Notes under the pieces: model-generated
The model's input: the letters and a program-made list of their open reading frames with translations, nothing else
What the model was told of the DNA's origin: nothing
Databases searched by the model: none
Made by a program: the position numbers and the translations under genes
Shown: piece by piece, positions 50,280-60,240 of the stretch
How positions within the stretch are numbered: position 1 is the first letter of the stretch
How the letters are laid out: every line of letters starts with the position of its first letter
DNA from: Negativicutes bacterium
Lineage (GTDB): Bacteria > Bacillota > Negativicutes > UBA1444
Length of the DNA: 64,000 nt
Reading direction: 5' to 3'
Assembly (NCBI GenBank): GCA_963665275.2
Contig: CAXXIN010000017.1
Location: 32,001-96,000, forward strand

Positions 50280-51157
50280 ACCGCCATGAAGTCATATACG
50301 CCGCGCAACTCAGGGAAATAAGCAAGTCCGTTAAACTGCAATACATATAGCATTTTCAAGGTGGTGCCTGTCGCAATTCCGGCGAATACCATCAGGCAAG
50401 CAAGCCTTTCCACAACGGGCCACGCAGTCAACCCTGCCCGCTGCCCACAGCGACCAAATCCCCGGCTTTCCACCGACAATGCCAATGTCGCAGCCCGACG
50501 CAAGGCACGCGCCAAAATTGGGAACAAAACATAAAATGCAGTCCGCACCCATCGCAACGGAGAGAGCGTCCGCATCGGTTCAAATCCGCGCAGACGTTGC
50601 GCCGTAAGCACAATCGCCGTTTCTTCAAAAATCACCGGCAGAAACCGCAAGCTGGTAATCAGCATAAAGGCAATGGGATAGGGCATCTTCCAATGCAAAA
50701 AACACTGCAACAATTGCCGGGGATCGGTGGTCCAGCAAATGAGCAACCCGCAGGCAAGCATGATTCCTGAGCGCAGGGCTTGCACCGCCCCATGTTCCAG
50801 TCCTTCACGATAAACAAAGATACCCCCTGTCGCCTCACCGATCCAGGGCACGGTCGGGGATACCAGGCAGGCAATCATCGTACGCGGTTCCTGATTATAA
50901 AAAAGAGCCTGACTGAGCATCGCACCCCAAATTCCAACGAGCAAAAAGATAATCAGGATCTTCCAACGCTCAACCGAAGAGCGGGCAACAACATGAAAGC
51001 CCAACGACAACAAAAATACCAAGAATAATGGTCGCGGCCCTTCCAGGCCCACAGCAAATAGCACAATCGCCGCCAACAATACGAGCTTTGTTCGAACGTC
51101 CAAGTTGTGAACCGGCGTATCAGCAGGCGTTGCTTCCCAGACTTGTCTGTTGTACAT
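50270..51157 (-). CDS. ECF transporter T component
   Basis: LDVRTK, LRFLP, AQRLRG, SVESRGFG. Confidence 0.9.
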   Translation of the reverse strand: MYNRQVWEATPADTPVHNLDVRTKLVLLAAIVLFAVGLEGPRPLFLVFLLSLGFHVVARSSVERWKILIIFLLVGIWGAMLSQALFYNQEPRTMIACLVSPTVPWIGEATGGIFVYREGLEHGAVQALRSGIMLACGLLICWTTDPRQLLQCFLHWKMPYPIAFMLITSLRFLPVIFEETAIVLTAQRLRGFEPMRTLSPLRWVRTAFYVLFPILARALRRAATLALSVESRGFGRCGQRAGLTAWPVVERLACLMVFAGIATGTTLKMLYVLQFNGLAYFPELRGVYDFMAVWL

Positions 51158-52811
51158 ACTGGACCACCTCCTCCACGCAGAGGGCGCATCCGCCGTATAA
51201 TTCACGGGAAACCCGCAGCGCAGCCGGAGCCCGCAGCCCTGCCAGACGCAAAACCTCTTCGCTGGAAAACACGTCTCGCGGTGGAGCGTCAGCAACAATT
51301 CGTCCAGCCGTCATGACCACCACTCTCTCGGCGTAGCGGGCCGCGACCTCCGTATCATGCGTGCAGAAGATGACAGTCCCGCCTGAGGCGGTATATTCCT
51401 GCAACAGCGCAATAATATCGTCAATGTGTCCCAAATCCTGTCCGGTCGTCGGTTCGTCCAGCAACATGATATCCGGCTTATACGCCAATAGCGCAGCAAT
51501 AGCCACCCGTACCCGCTGCCCTTGGCTTAGCGCCAACGGGAATCGTTCTCCCATGCCGGCCAGACCTATTTTTGCCAGTAATAAACGCCATTCGCCATGA
51601 TCGGGCGCATTTTGGCCGCCATGATGCAAGCCGAATGTGATTTCTTTCTCTACAGTAGAATTAAACAGCATTAAATCCGGATTCTGCATAACCATTCCGA
51701 CCCGCCGGTCCAGCGACTTGACTACCTGTCCATCCACTATCACTTTTCCAGCCTGTGCCTGCTGCAACCCGCAAATATGATGCAACAAGGTTGACTTGCC
51801 TGCTCCATTGTTGCCCATAAGTGCGACAAATTGCCCGCAGGGGACAGTCAAATGGATGCCGTCAAGAATTTTTCGTCCCCGAGGATCGTATCGGAAGTCC
51901 AATCCTTGGATCTCTATCGCGATATTTTCCGTCGGAACCGGAATCGTTTTCACAGGCACTCGCACAGCCACCTCACACTTTGGATAAGCCTTGCGAATAT
52001 CGTGAACCGCATCCTCAACCGAAGCGCTCTGCGACAAAACACCCAGTCCGTGGCAAATATGGACTGGCTGAGGAATTCTCAGGCCCATATCCAGAAATAC
52101 TCCGGGGCTGCGGAACGCCTCCTGTCGCTTTCCCTGCCAAGAAATCCCTCCATTTTCCATTACCAGCACATGTTTGCAAAGAGGCATCACCTCATGCAAA
52201 CGATGTTCAACAATAATCAGGGTTATTCCAAGCTCCTGATTCAGTTTCTGCAAAACCTGCAACAATTCCATTGCACCGCGTGGGTCCATCTGGCTGATTG
52301 GCTCGTCCAACGCCAACATCTTCGGCCGGACGGCGAGTACTGCCGCCAACGCCAATCGTTGCCGCTCCCCGCCGGACAAGGCGTGCACACTGCCCTGCTC
52401 TCGCCCCGACAAGCCAACCCAACCCAGTGTTTCCTCCACCCGCTCTCGAATTGCCTGCCGTTCCATGCCCATGTTTTCCAGCGCGAATCCGACTTCATCC
52501 GCAACCGTTGTCGAAAATATCTGATCGTCGGGGTTTTGGAACATCAAGCCCACCGTACGGCTCAATTCTGCTACGGAGGATTGCAACGAATCCACCCCGT
52601 CCACCAGTACGCTTCCGCGTAGCGTTCCGCTGATTTCGTGGGGAATCAGCCCATTAAATGCTTTTAACAATGTACTCTTCCCACAACCGGTCGGCCCGGT
52701 GCACAAAATAAAATCGCCTGCTTCGATTGTCAAATTAATATTGGCAATGCTGGGAATTGATCGAGTCTTATAAGTAAAAAACAGGTTTTTGCATTCCACA
52801 ATCCCGGTCAT
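51120..52811 (-). CDS. ECF transporter fused double ATPase
   Basis: GPTGCGKST and GNNGAGKST, FQNPDDQIF, LSGGERQR, LDEPTTGQD. Confidence 0.92.
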   Translation of the reverse strand: MTGIVECKNLFFTYKTRSIPSIANINLTIEAGDFILCTGPTGCGKSTLLKAFNGLIPHEISGTLRGSVLVDGVDSLQSSVAELSRTVGLMFQNPDDQIFSTTVADEVGFALENMGMERQAIRERVEETLGWVGLSGREQGSVHALSGGERQRLALAAVLAVRPKMLALDEPISQMDPRGAMELLQVLQKLNQELGITLIIVEHRLHEVMPLCKHVLVMENGGISWQGKRQEAFRSPGVFLDMGLRIPQPVHICHGLGVLSQSASVEDAVHDIRKAYPKCEVAVRVPVKTIPVPTENIAIEIQGLDFRYDPRGRKILDGIHLTVPCGQFVALMGNNGAGKSTLLHHICGLQQAQAGKVIVDGQVVKSLDRRVGMVMQNPDLMLFNSTVEKEITFGLHHGGQNAPDHGEWRLLLAKIGLAGMGERFPLALSQGQRVRVAIAALLAYKPDIMLLDEPTTGQDLGHIDDIIALLQEYTASGGTVIFCTHDTEVAARYAERVVVMTAGRIVADAPPRDVFSSEEVLRLAGLRAPAALRVSRELYGGCALCVEEVVQYVQQTSLGSNAC

Positions 52812-52814
52812 TGT

Positions 52815-54485
52815 TCAATCACTCCCCACGTCGGCCAAGCGACTGCCGAGCAATAACCCGCACCCCGCTCCAATCATCGTATAGAAAAAACCGTTGACCG
52901 CCATCACCATGTAGATATACCAATCCGCATAATAAAGTCGATATAGTACAGCCATCCCCTGCATTGTGACATAGGTGGCTGCTGTGTCCGCCAGTGCGCA
53001 GGCCAGCGCCAGTATAACCATCCTGCGAAGTGTAAAGCGTATTGGTTCCGCCTCCTCCATCCGGGCCGATGTAAAACCGGTGGCAGCCAACGCCAATTCA
53101 AGCAGAAAAGCATTCACACCATAAGACAGCAATACAATCGGCGACATGTGTCCAAACGCGACCATGCCGAGCAGCATACGGATCGCCGCCATCAATGTAA
53201 CTACGCCGTGAAGCGGGATCAGGGTAATCAACGCACCGGTCAGCATATACAGCATGACGCCGCTAAACATCCCTGTAAGCAAGAAGCCGAACGGGCCGAG
53301 AAAAATATGAAAAAAATCATTCAATAACGTTGAAGGAACGTTCACCACCGCAAAAGCGCAGGTTCCAAACAAGGCGATCGTAATCAGGCGACGCGTTTTC
53401 ATGCCGGCCAGTACGAACGGCAATCGCTTGGCAATCAACACCAGAAACGCCAGAAGCATCAGCAAGGCAATTCCGAGGGTAAACAAGCCCCGCATGTTTT
53501 TCTTGACTACCACGATAGGCGTCTCTCGGGACCACACTTGAGTCTCGCCATCCTCAACCGTGACCCGCAGCAAATATTTTCCCTCGGTCAATAGCGATTC
53601 ATCGGCATAAATCGGCAATAACAACCGTTGCCGCGCCTCGCCGGTCAAAGCGACAAACGCTGTCAATCGCTCCTGATTTGCCGCCATCGCGCCTGCCCCG
53701 TCGTTATCGGAATTACTACCGGGAGTGTATAAGCCGGGGACTTTTCGATGAGTGTTTTTATCGAGAAGTTCCGCTTCCACTATCACCAGTTTTTGCTGCC
53801 CTGCAGGATTGCTGAAATCCAGTCCCATATGGCTTACTGGATGGATGGCCTCTATTTCCAGATTCGAAACGCCCTTGCCGCGCAGTATGTTTTTGAAATA
53901 GTCCAGCGAACGGTCGCGCAGCACCAAAGCACTGCCATTTTGTTTCTCATCACGTTTTCCATCTTTGTCCAGCGGCAAAACAATTTGTTCAAAAACCGGA
54001 GCTTGTCGAGGTGAAACACCTGAAGCCGGAGGTGCTACCGTCAAGGCAATACTCTTTGACATTCCATCAACAACAAGCCGAATCGGCTGTGCGCCAATTA
54101 CCATATTTTCATCGACAGTCAGCGTCAGAAAATCAAACCACTGACCATAGCCGCCAGCTAGTACAACAGTTTTTGTAATCGCCTGCCCACTCTGCCGAGA
54201 TGCCATCTGCCAGTTTTCCTGTCGCTCCGACAAAGTAATCCCTGCAGGAAAAAGGATTTCGACTGGAACGATGCGTTCTTGCGAGGCGGTGTTCTCAATG
54301 CTGAAAACCGCATGAATGGTTTCCCCCGGCGCCGCTGTCATTTGGTTCCGCCCCAGTGAATAGGGAATCTCCAGCGTTGCGTTGATCCCTGGCGCTTCTG
54401 CGGCCAGGCAAGGCAATGTTCCCCATAAAACTAGGCCTGCCACATATAGCAGGTTGAAATGTTTCAGCCATTGGTAAATCCGCAT
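52815..54485 (-). CDS. Putative ECF substrate-specificity component fused to a large extracytoplasmic domain
   Basis: Signal peptide, ~320-aa beta-rich soluble region, then ~7 TM helices; lies directly before ecfA/ecfT. Confidence 0.65.
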   Translation of the reverse strand: MRIYQWLKHFNLLYVAGLVLWGTLPCLAAEAPGINATLEIPYSLGRNQMTAAPGETIHAVFSIENTASQERIVPVEILFPAGITLSERQENWQMASRQSGQAITKTVVLAGGYGQWFDFLTLTVDENMVIGAQPIRLVVDGMSKSIALTVAPPASGVSPRQAPVFEQIVLPLDKDGKRDEKQNGSALVLRDRSLDYFKNILRGKGVSNLEIEAIHPVSHMGLDFSNPAGQQKLVIVEAELLDKNTHRKVPGLYTPGSNSDNDGAGAMAANQERLTAFVALTGEARQRLLLPIYADESLLTEGKYLLRVTVEDGETQVWSRETPIVVVKKNMRGLFTLGIALLMLLAFLVLIAKRLPFVLAGMKTRRLITIALFGTCAFAVVNVPSTLLNDFFHIFLGPFGFLLTGMFSGVMLYMLTGALITLIPLHGVVTLMAAIRMLLGMVAFGHMSPIVLLSYGVNAFLLELALAATGFTSARMEEAEPIRFTLRRMVILALACALADTAATYVTMQGMAVLYRLYYADWYIYMVMAVNGFFYTMIGAGCGLLLGSRLADVGSD

Positions 54486-54498
54486 GACTTCTCCCCTA

Positions 54499-55188
54499 CT
54501 ATCGCAAATCAAAGACCACAGGCAATGTAGCCCAGGCTGCCACCGGCGCCCCTTTTTGCAACGCCGGGCTAAAGCGCCAGGACCGAACTGTGCGTTGCGC
54601 CGCCGCATCCAGTTCCCCATAACCTGAACTACTCACTACCCGGACGTCTTCCACCCGTCCTTCCGTATTGACTAGTATCTGAAGTTTGACCGTTCCTTCC
54701 CAGCCTTTAACCCGCGCATTTTCCGGATACTCCGGTCGCCCGCCCTCAACGATTCGCGGCCCCCGTGTCGGTCCGGATCCGCTTCCTGTGCCCGGTCCCA
54801 TTCCCGTTCCTTGCCCAGCGCCGGTTCCGCCACCCGTCCCGCCGCCGCTCCCCCCCGAGCCGCCTGCGCCGCCGCGGCCTCCCGCCGGTGCAGCCGGAGT
54901 GGAAGTTGCTGCCGATCGAAGATCCGTCACTCCAGCGAAGCTATTATGGGATTGTGGCGCAGTTTGATTATCCGCTGGCCTTGGCGCGCCCATTGGCGTA
55001 CCGCCTCCCCCGGCAGCTCCATCCACCGGCGAAAGCAATTCGGCCATTGTCACTTCCACATAGATCGGCTGGCGTGACTGAACAGCTTCCCAACTCCAGA
55101 ACGCGCCCGCCGCCGCAACCAAAATGACATGAAGAAGCAGCGAGCCGACCAGTGCCGCCCGCCACCGCTTTTGATCGTCCATCATCAA
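54499..55188 (-). CDS. tonB: Energy transducer TonB
   Basis: TM SLLLH, Gly-rich linker, PEYPENAR..GWEGTV..SSG..LD.AA..WRFSPA. Confidence 0.92.
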   Translation of the reverse strand: MMMDDQKRWRAALVGSLLLHVILVAAAGAFWSWEAVQSRQPIYVEVTMAELLSPVDGAAGGGGTPMGAPRPADNQTAPQSHNSFAGVTDLRSAATSTPAAPAGGRGGAGGSGGSGGGTGGGTGAGQGTGMGPGTGSGSGPTRGPRIVEGGRPEYPENARVKGWEGTVKLQILVNTEGRVEDVRVVSSSGYGELDAAAQRTVRSWRFSPALQKGAPVAAWATLPVVFDLR

Positions 55189-55586
55189 CCTTTTGGGTCC
55201 ACGGCAAGCGAAATTTTTCCCGCACCGGCGCGTTTCACGGCGTCAATGACTTCCACCACTTTGCCGTGATGGGAGTCTTTATCTGCCTTGATGAAAACCA
55301 GCGGGTGGCTGTGAACTTTCGCCGCCACAGTTGCCGCCAGTTCACCGACCGAAACCTGTTGATCGCCCACCGCGATTTTCCCGTCCTTGTTTACCAGAAC
55401 CGTGATGTGTTCCGGCGGCTGTGGCGTACCGCTTGCTGCCTGTGGCGGCGTGATGTTGAAGCCGGGGTGGGCCGCCAAAAAGGTCGTAGACATCATGAAA
55501 AAAATCAGCAGCAGCATCATGACATCGACCATCGGTGTCATATCAACATGTACCGGCGCATGGGGTGATTCCCTTCGATAACGCAT
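55185..55586 (-). CDS. exbD: Biopolymer transporter ExbD
   Basis: DMTPMVDVMMLLLIFFM, IKADK, VVEVIDAVKRAG. Confidence 0.92.
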   Translation of the reverse strand: MRYRRESPHAPVHVDMTPMVDVMMLLLIFFMMSTTFLAAHPGFNITPPQAASGTPQPPEHITVLVNKDGKIAVGDQQVSVGELAATVAAKVHSHPLVFIKADKDSHHGKVVEVIDAVKRAGAGKISLAVDPKG

Positions 55587-55603
55587 GGAAAGCTCTCCTT
55601 CCT

Positions 55604-56194
55604 CTAGGCGCCGGCGCGTCGGACGATCTCGCCGACGCAGCCTTCGGTCCAGTGCAGCAGCCGTTCTACCCGGTTGCGAAAATGATTGTTGGCAATGATG
55701 CACGGGATAGCGACCAATAGCCCACCCGCTGTATTGTACAGGGCTTCGGAAATCCCTTCCGCCAGCATTTGCGGATTTCCGAGGCCAGTCATTGATGCGG
55801 CCTGAAAAGTTTTGATCATGCCCAGCACTGTGCCAAGAAGTCCGAGCAACGGCGCCACCGTGGCAGCTGTGGTGAGCATATACAAGTTGCGCTCCAGCAC
55901 GGGGATTTCCGCCCGAACGGCATCATCCACCGCGTTCTGGCGAGCTTCCCTTTCGGCCGGAGGAATCACGGCAGCTGCTTCCCACATTTTAGCGAACACC
56001 GCGTTCTCCGACCCACGATACAGAACTCCGGCGCTGCCTGACGCCGATTCTTTCAGCCAATCCCGGAAGGTCTTGGCGGCCGCATCGGCTGATCGGTAAA
56101 ATAATCCTCGTTCGATAATGACCGCGCAGGCCACCAGAGAACAGGCCATGATAACGACAATGACGTAGCCGCCTTTGGCGATGATTTCTAACAT
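55604..56194 (-). CDS. exbB: ExbB/MotA/TolQ proton channel
   Basis: APLLGLLGTVLGMI..F, GISEALYNTAGGL.VAIP. Confidence 0.93.
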   Translation of the reverse strand: MLEIIAKGGYVIVVIMACSLVACAVIIERGLFYRSADAAAKTFRDWLKESASGSAGVLYRGSENAVFAKMWEAAAVIPPAEREARQNAVDDAVRAEIPVLERNLYMLTTAATVAPLLGLLGTVLGMIKTFQAASMTGLGNPQMLAEGISEALYNTAGGLLVAIPCIIANNHFRNRVERLLHWTEGCVGEIVRRAGA

Positions 56195-56203
56195 GAGCTC
56201 CTC

Positions 56204-58259
56204 CTAAAAATTCTGGGTCAGTTTCAGGTAAAATGCCCGTTCCGGCGTAATATATCCGCCATCATTCGTATAATCAATGCGGTTGAAAAGATTTTCGACG
56301 CGTAGCGTCAATTGCGTATTTTTTGTAACATCATAATTGAGCATCAGGTTCGCTTGCAGGGATGGGGGTATCGCACCTGAGCTGACGGTAGCTGGAGCGA
56401 TCGGAGACAACAACTGTCGCATCCCGACATAGGTCGCCGCCAGACTTCCCGACCATTTCCCCTTGCGGTAATTCAGACCGGCATTCAATTGCAAGTTTGC
56501 CTCCGACTGTTCCCATTCCGCAGCGTTCTGTGTCTTCGCTTCCGGGTTGCCATACATAGCACCCAGGGAAAACCCCCAGCCGCCTTTTAGCGACCGTGCA
56601 TATTCAACTTCCATGCCCAGGTTGCGGAATTGGGCGTTTTGCGATTGGTAATTTTTCACGGTCGAGGTTCCCAAATTCACCCATTGGTGCAGGTTGGAAA
56701 AATCCAGCTTATAGACGGCCACTTTTAAAGAATCCGATTCGCGGATTTTTTTCCAGCCGATTTCATATGTCCAGCCCGTATCCGGTTCCAAACTCGGATT
56801 AGGAATTGTTAATGTTGAACTGGAAAACATCGCCGTCCAATTTGGCGCCCGGAATGATTTGCCCACATTCAGATATAACGACTGATCTCGGTTTAGTTTG
56901 TGCAGTATTTGAAACTGCGGACTGACTTGCCCATAATTATCCAAATTATTTTGTTGCGCGATGATATCCTGTCGCAATCCAAGGATGAAATTCGTCTTGG
57001 CCGACAGCGGATGATCGATTTGTCCGAAGAACGAAAACAGGTCGCGCTGTTTCAGTGGTATTGCAGTAGTACTGCCTAAAAACACATTGGTTGAATAGGT
57101 GTCTTTTTGCCAGGACAATCCGGCGGTGTAGGATCCAAACCCGGTTTTCCAGGTGCTTTGACTATCCGTGCCATACGTCTGCATATATTGCCTTGAATTC
57201 GATGCAGTCAACTTGGCTCCATTTGTGCTTAAACTGGCGATCGGGGCTGTGTTGGCTTGGTTTCGCACCAGCCCGTTGTAGTAAAGTTTATGTGTCCAGG
57301 AGCCGGAGCGGATTTGCAACGAAGTGATATCGTTGGCGTCCTGTTGCCACATGGTTCCCAGGCTATCGTCCTGTTTCCAGGCCTTGCCCGCCAATCCACC
57401 TGTGGACGCAACCAGTTTTGACAATTGAAAGGTATCGTCGATATGTCGATAATTCCACGTAATTGCATCTGTAATCGCCCATGTAAAGTCAAAGGTTTGC
57501 TTCGACTCATAATCGAAGTTCGTATAATAAGGCGCATAAGCAGTGGTCGTGGTCGTTGTCTTGCCTTTTGTTGTCGTCGTCGTAGAAGTGCTGTAGCCCG
57601 GTCGCGTCGTTTGCATCGCTCCCATGTTTCCGGTATAGTCGCGATTATAGGATACATAGAACTTCCCTGCCTGCAGTGAAAGGCTTTCCCGATTCGTGCC
57701 AAAGCTGCCGACTTCTACGGAAGCACTGCTTTGTCCAGATTTCTTCGTAATGACATTGATAACTCCGCCCATGGCCGCGCTACCATATAACGTCGATGCG
57801 GCTCCTTTGACAATCTCAATACGCTCTATGCTGTCGGTGGGTATATTCTGCAGTTCATACTTTCCATTCCAATTGATGGGGATTCCGTTAAGCAACACTA
57901 ATGCACTTAGATCTTTCCCCATGCCCCGGATGGAAACACCGCCGGTCATACCGCTGTAAAGCGATCCACGCGCGCCATAGGTATCAATCGTGACCCCAGT
58001 GGAAAACTTCAGCGCTTCCAGAACATTGGTCGCGCCGGTCTCCTTTATTTTTTCGCGGGTCAGCACCTCCACGGCGGCCGGCGTCGTCAGTTCTTTTGAT
58101 TCACGCCGCAAAGCAGTCACCAACACCGGATCAAAACTGTATTCCTGATTTTCCTCCGCCATCGCCAGGCCCGATGTCACGAGGCACAATACTCCCTGCC
58201 ATCAACCCCGCTACAGTTCTCCGCGACCAATTCCGGGCCCACTTCTTGCTCAGCTTCAT
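56204..58259 (-). CDS. TonB-dependent receptor (frameshift in signal-peptide region ~58195)
   Basis: VLVTA TonB box, plug IERIEIVKGAASTLYGS.AMGGVINVITK, NPSLEPD, VENLFN, C-terminal F; start MKLSKK at 58259 with AGGAG RBS. Confidence 0.92.
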
Positions 58260-58340
58260 TCTCGCAACTCCTTCAAAAATCATATGCCCAAAGTCTCTAT
58301 TTCTAACCATTCCAAAAGATTGGAACGTTGATTTTTTTAT

Positions 58341-58418
58341 GGAGGCCTCCCCCTGAAAAGAGACCTCCGGCTAATGAATCCACGCCCTAGCTAAAAAGAC
58401 GTGAAATTCGGGTAACGC
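58341..58418 (-). repeat. Two-hairpin element, copy B
   Basis: Similar to 40781-40862; ~80 nt upstream of the receptor start. Confidence 0.6.
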
Positions 58419-58571
58419 TATAAAAAAAGAATAGCTCCCTGGTGTGGGAGCTATTCCGGACAGCTGGCTGTCTTTTGATAAAAAATCCCGGCAAAATATG
58501 CCGGGAAGAAGTTCAACACAGGAGCTGCGCCAAAATCCCCTCCCCATCGCGCGTGGGTAAAACGGTGATTG

Positions 58572-58742
58572 TCAGACAGGCAGTTCTCCTGGCTCTGGAT
58601 CATAGCTCGCCCAAACCTTCCCAAGATTTTTCATCCCAGTGGCATTTGATGGGTTTGCTCCCCAATACAGTGGCGGGACCGCGCCGGCATTACAACGGAC
58701 TTCCCTATTAAGCCCCTCAGGGCACCTATCCCGATATGAAAT
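58572..58742 (-). ncRNA. Cobalamin riboswitch 5 (upstream of TonB receptor-ECF-cobN operon)
   Basis: Near-identical to riboswitch 4, including the downstream tandem terminators at ~58422-58507. Confidence 0.95.
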
Positions 58743-58880
58743 TGTCAAAAGAATTTATACTACGTACTGAATATTATCACAGAGGTTTTGGAGTGTCAAT
58801 CGCATTTTCACCTGCGCAAAACATAGTACACACTTAGGCAGGAAAGTTAATCAATAAAGGAATAGTAATTCCTTTATTGA

Positions 58881-59587
58881 TCATCTAATACTCCCACCGT
58901 CTTCAACCGGTCCTGTTTGAATCGTTCGCAGTAAGAATCGTAAGTATAAATTGCCGCCTAACGGATTGTGCCCCATCACCCTGTCCTTGACTGCAAACAC
59001 TCGTGATCTAAGGCTTGAGAGTGTATTGATGAACATGGAGTCATGCCCAACACACAGCCCTAACAGAATGTTGAAATTCTGTATGGGCTGCGTTGAGCAC
59101 TTCCGCCTGCGCAATTGGATTGCACATCGACTCCGGCTGTCCGACCTGGACCCGTTCGTTTGCCGCAATATCGATGGCGTCTTTATCTACCCCGCCAACC
59201 TTGCACATGACGGAAACAACTTCAAATCCATGGTCTTCCAAAATTTTTGCAAAACACATTGGCTTCTTTGTGCAAGCCGCCGCAAAAAGCCACTCCCAGT
59301 TTCTGATACCCCATTTTGCGGGAAAACTCGATGATTTCCTGTACTCTCGGTTTGACAGGGAATTTATAGGCAGGATTTGCGCCACGGTCAATATAACATT
59401 CCGCTTCCTGCACCGAAGCGTTGTGCGCGAATTTTCGAATGTCAGGTTTCTCATATTCCGCCGCTGCTTTTTCAATCGCTTCCGGATACAGCTTGGTGGA
59501 GCAAAATGCGGGAGCAATCCCGTCTTTACTCCGGCAATACCTTGTTTTCCCCATGCACTGGGCACATTTCCCATCTGTTTGCGTCAT
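58881..59587 (-). CDS. DUF1847-like Cys-rich metal-binding protein, frameshifted
   Basis: KPRVQEIIEF..MGYQKLGVAFC, VSVMCKVGG, MCNPIAQA, LGLCVGHDS, AVKDRVMGHNP across frames. Confidence 0.8.
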
Positions 59588-59690
59588 ATCCAATATCTCC
59601 CCTCCTGTTCTTGAGTCAGTCACTTTTCTCCCCACCCAAATGTCCCATCAATCATATCTCAATCGAGTTTCTTCATCAACCAGCAATGTA

Positions 59691-60101
59691 TCAATATAAT
59701 CCGGGCAACCGGGCGGCGTCCAGCTTCCCAGCGGGGTTATGAACTTTATAGTATTTTTCCGGAATCGGATGAGTCCCTACGACCACTTCCAGCCCGAACC
59801 TTTGTTGAATAAATTCGCGAAAATATTCGATATGCGGACACGGTGGATAACCTACCACCATTCCTGTCGCCAGATGAATCACCTGCGCTCCGTTCTTTTT
59901 CATTTCTTCCGGAGAATATTCTATATTGCCGCCTGGACAGCCACCACAACTTGTAAATCCGACGACTTCGACTTTCTTTCCCTGATAACGCGTAAACGCA
60001 CCTTCCCGCTCTTGAACCGCGCGGAAACACTTGCCGCCGGCGCACGTTTTGTAGCGATCGCATATTATGATCGCTACTTTAACAGCTGCTGAATCATCCA
60101 T
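59691..60101 (-). CDS. CGGC domain protein
   Basis: IIICDRYKTCAGGKCFRA..REGAF, TSCGGCPG, HLATG, PPCP, VGTHPIP. Confidence 0.88.
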   Translation of the reverse strand: MDDSAAVKVAIIICDRYKTCAGGKCFRAVQEREGAFTRYQGKKVEVVGFTSCGGCPGGNIEYSPEEMKKNGAQVIHLATGMVVGYPPCPHIEYFREFIQQRFGLEVVVGTHPIPEKYYKVHNPAGKLDAARLPGLY

Positions 60102-60136
60102 ATCACAAACCTCCCCTTTCATTTCCGTACCGATTC

Positions 60137-60165
60137 AAAAAAAGAGGGGCGTTCGCCGCCCCTGA
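60137..60165 (-). terminator. Intrinsic terminator
   Basis: aggggcg-gcgaa-cgcccct followed by cttttttt. Confidence 0.6.
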
Positions 60166-60240
60166 CTGATGTCACTTGTTGACCTGTTACCCCTTTGTCG
60201 CAGGCAAACGGCCAAGCCAGCAGCACCGCCTTCAATAACT

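Noticed and set aside
54780-54900. GC-rich low-complexity repeat
   Set aside because: Encodes the Gly-rich TonB linker; the Pro/Glu tract at ~37150-37320 is likewise the normal ChlD linker.
32445-58742. CRISPR array or insertion sequences explaining the repeats
   Set aside because: Repeats are dispersed riboswitch cassettes; no regular spacers, cas genes, transposase or integrase were seen.
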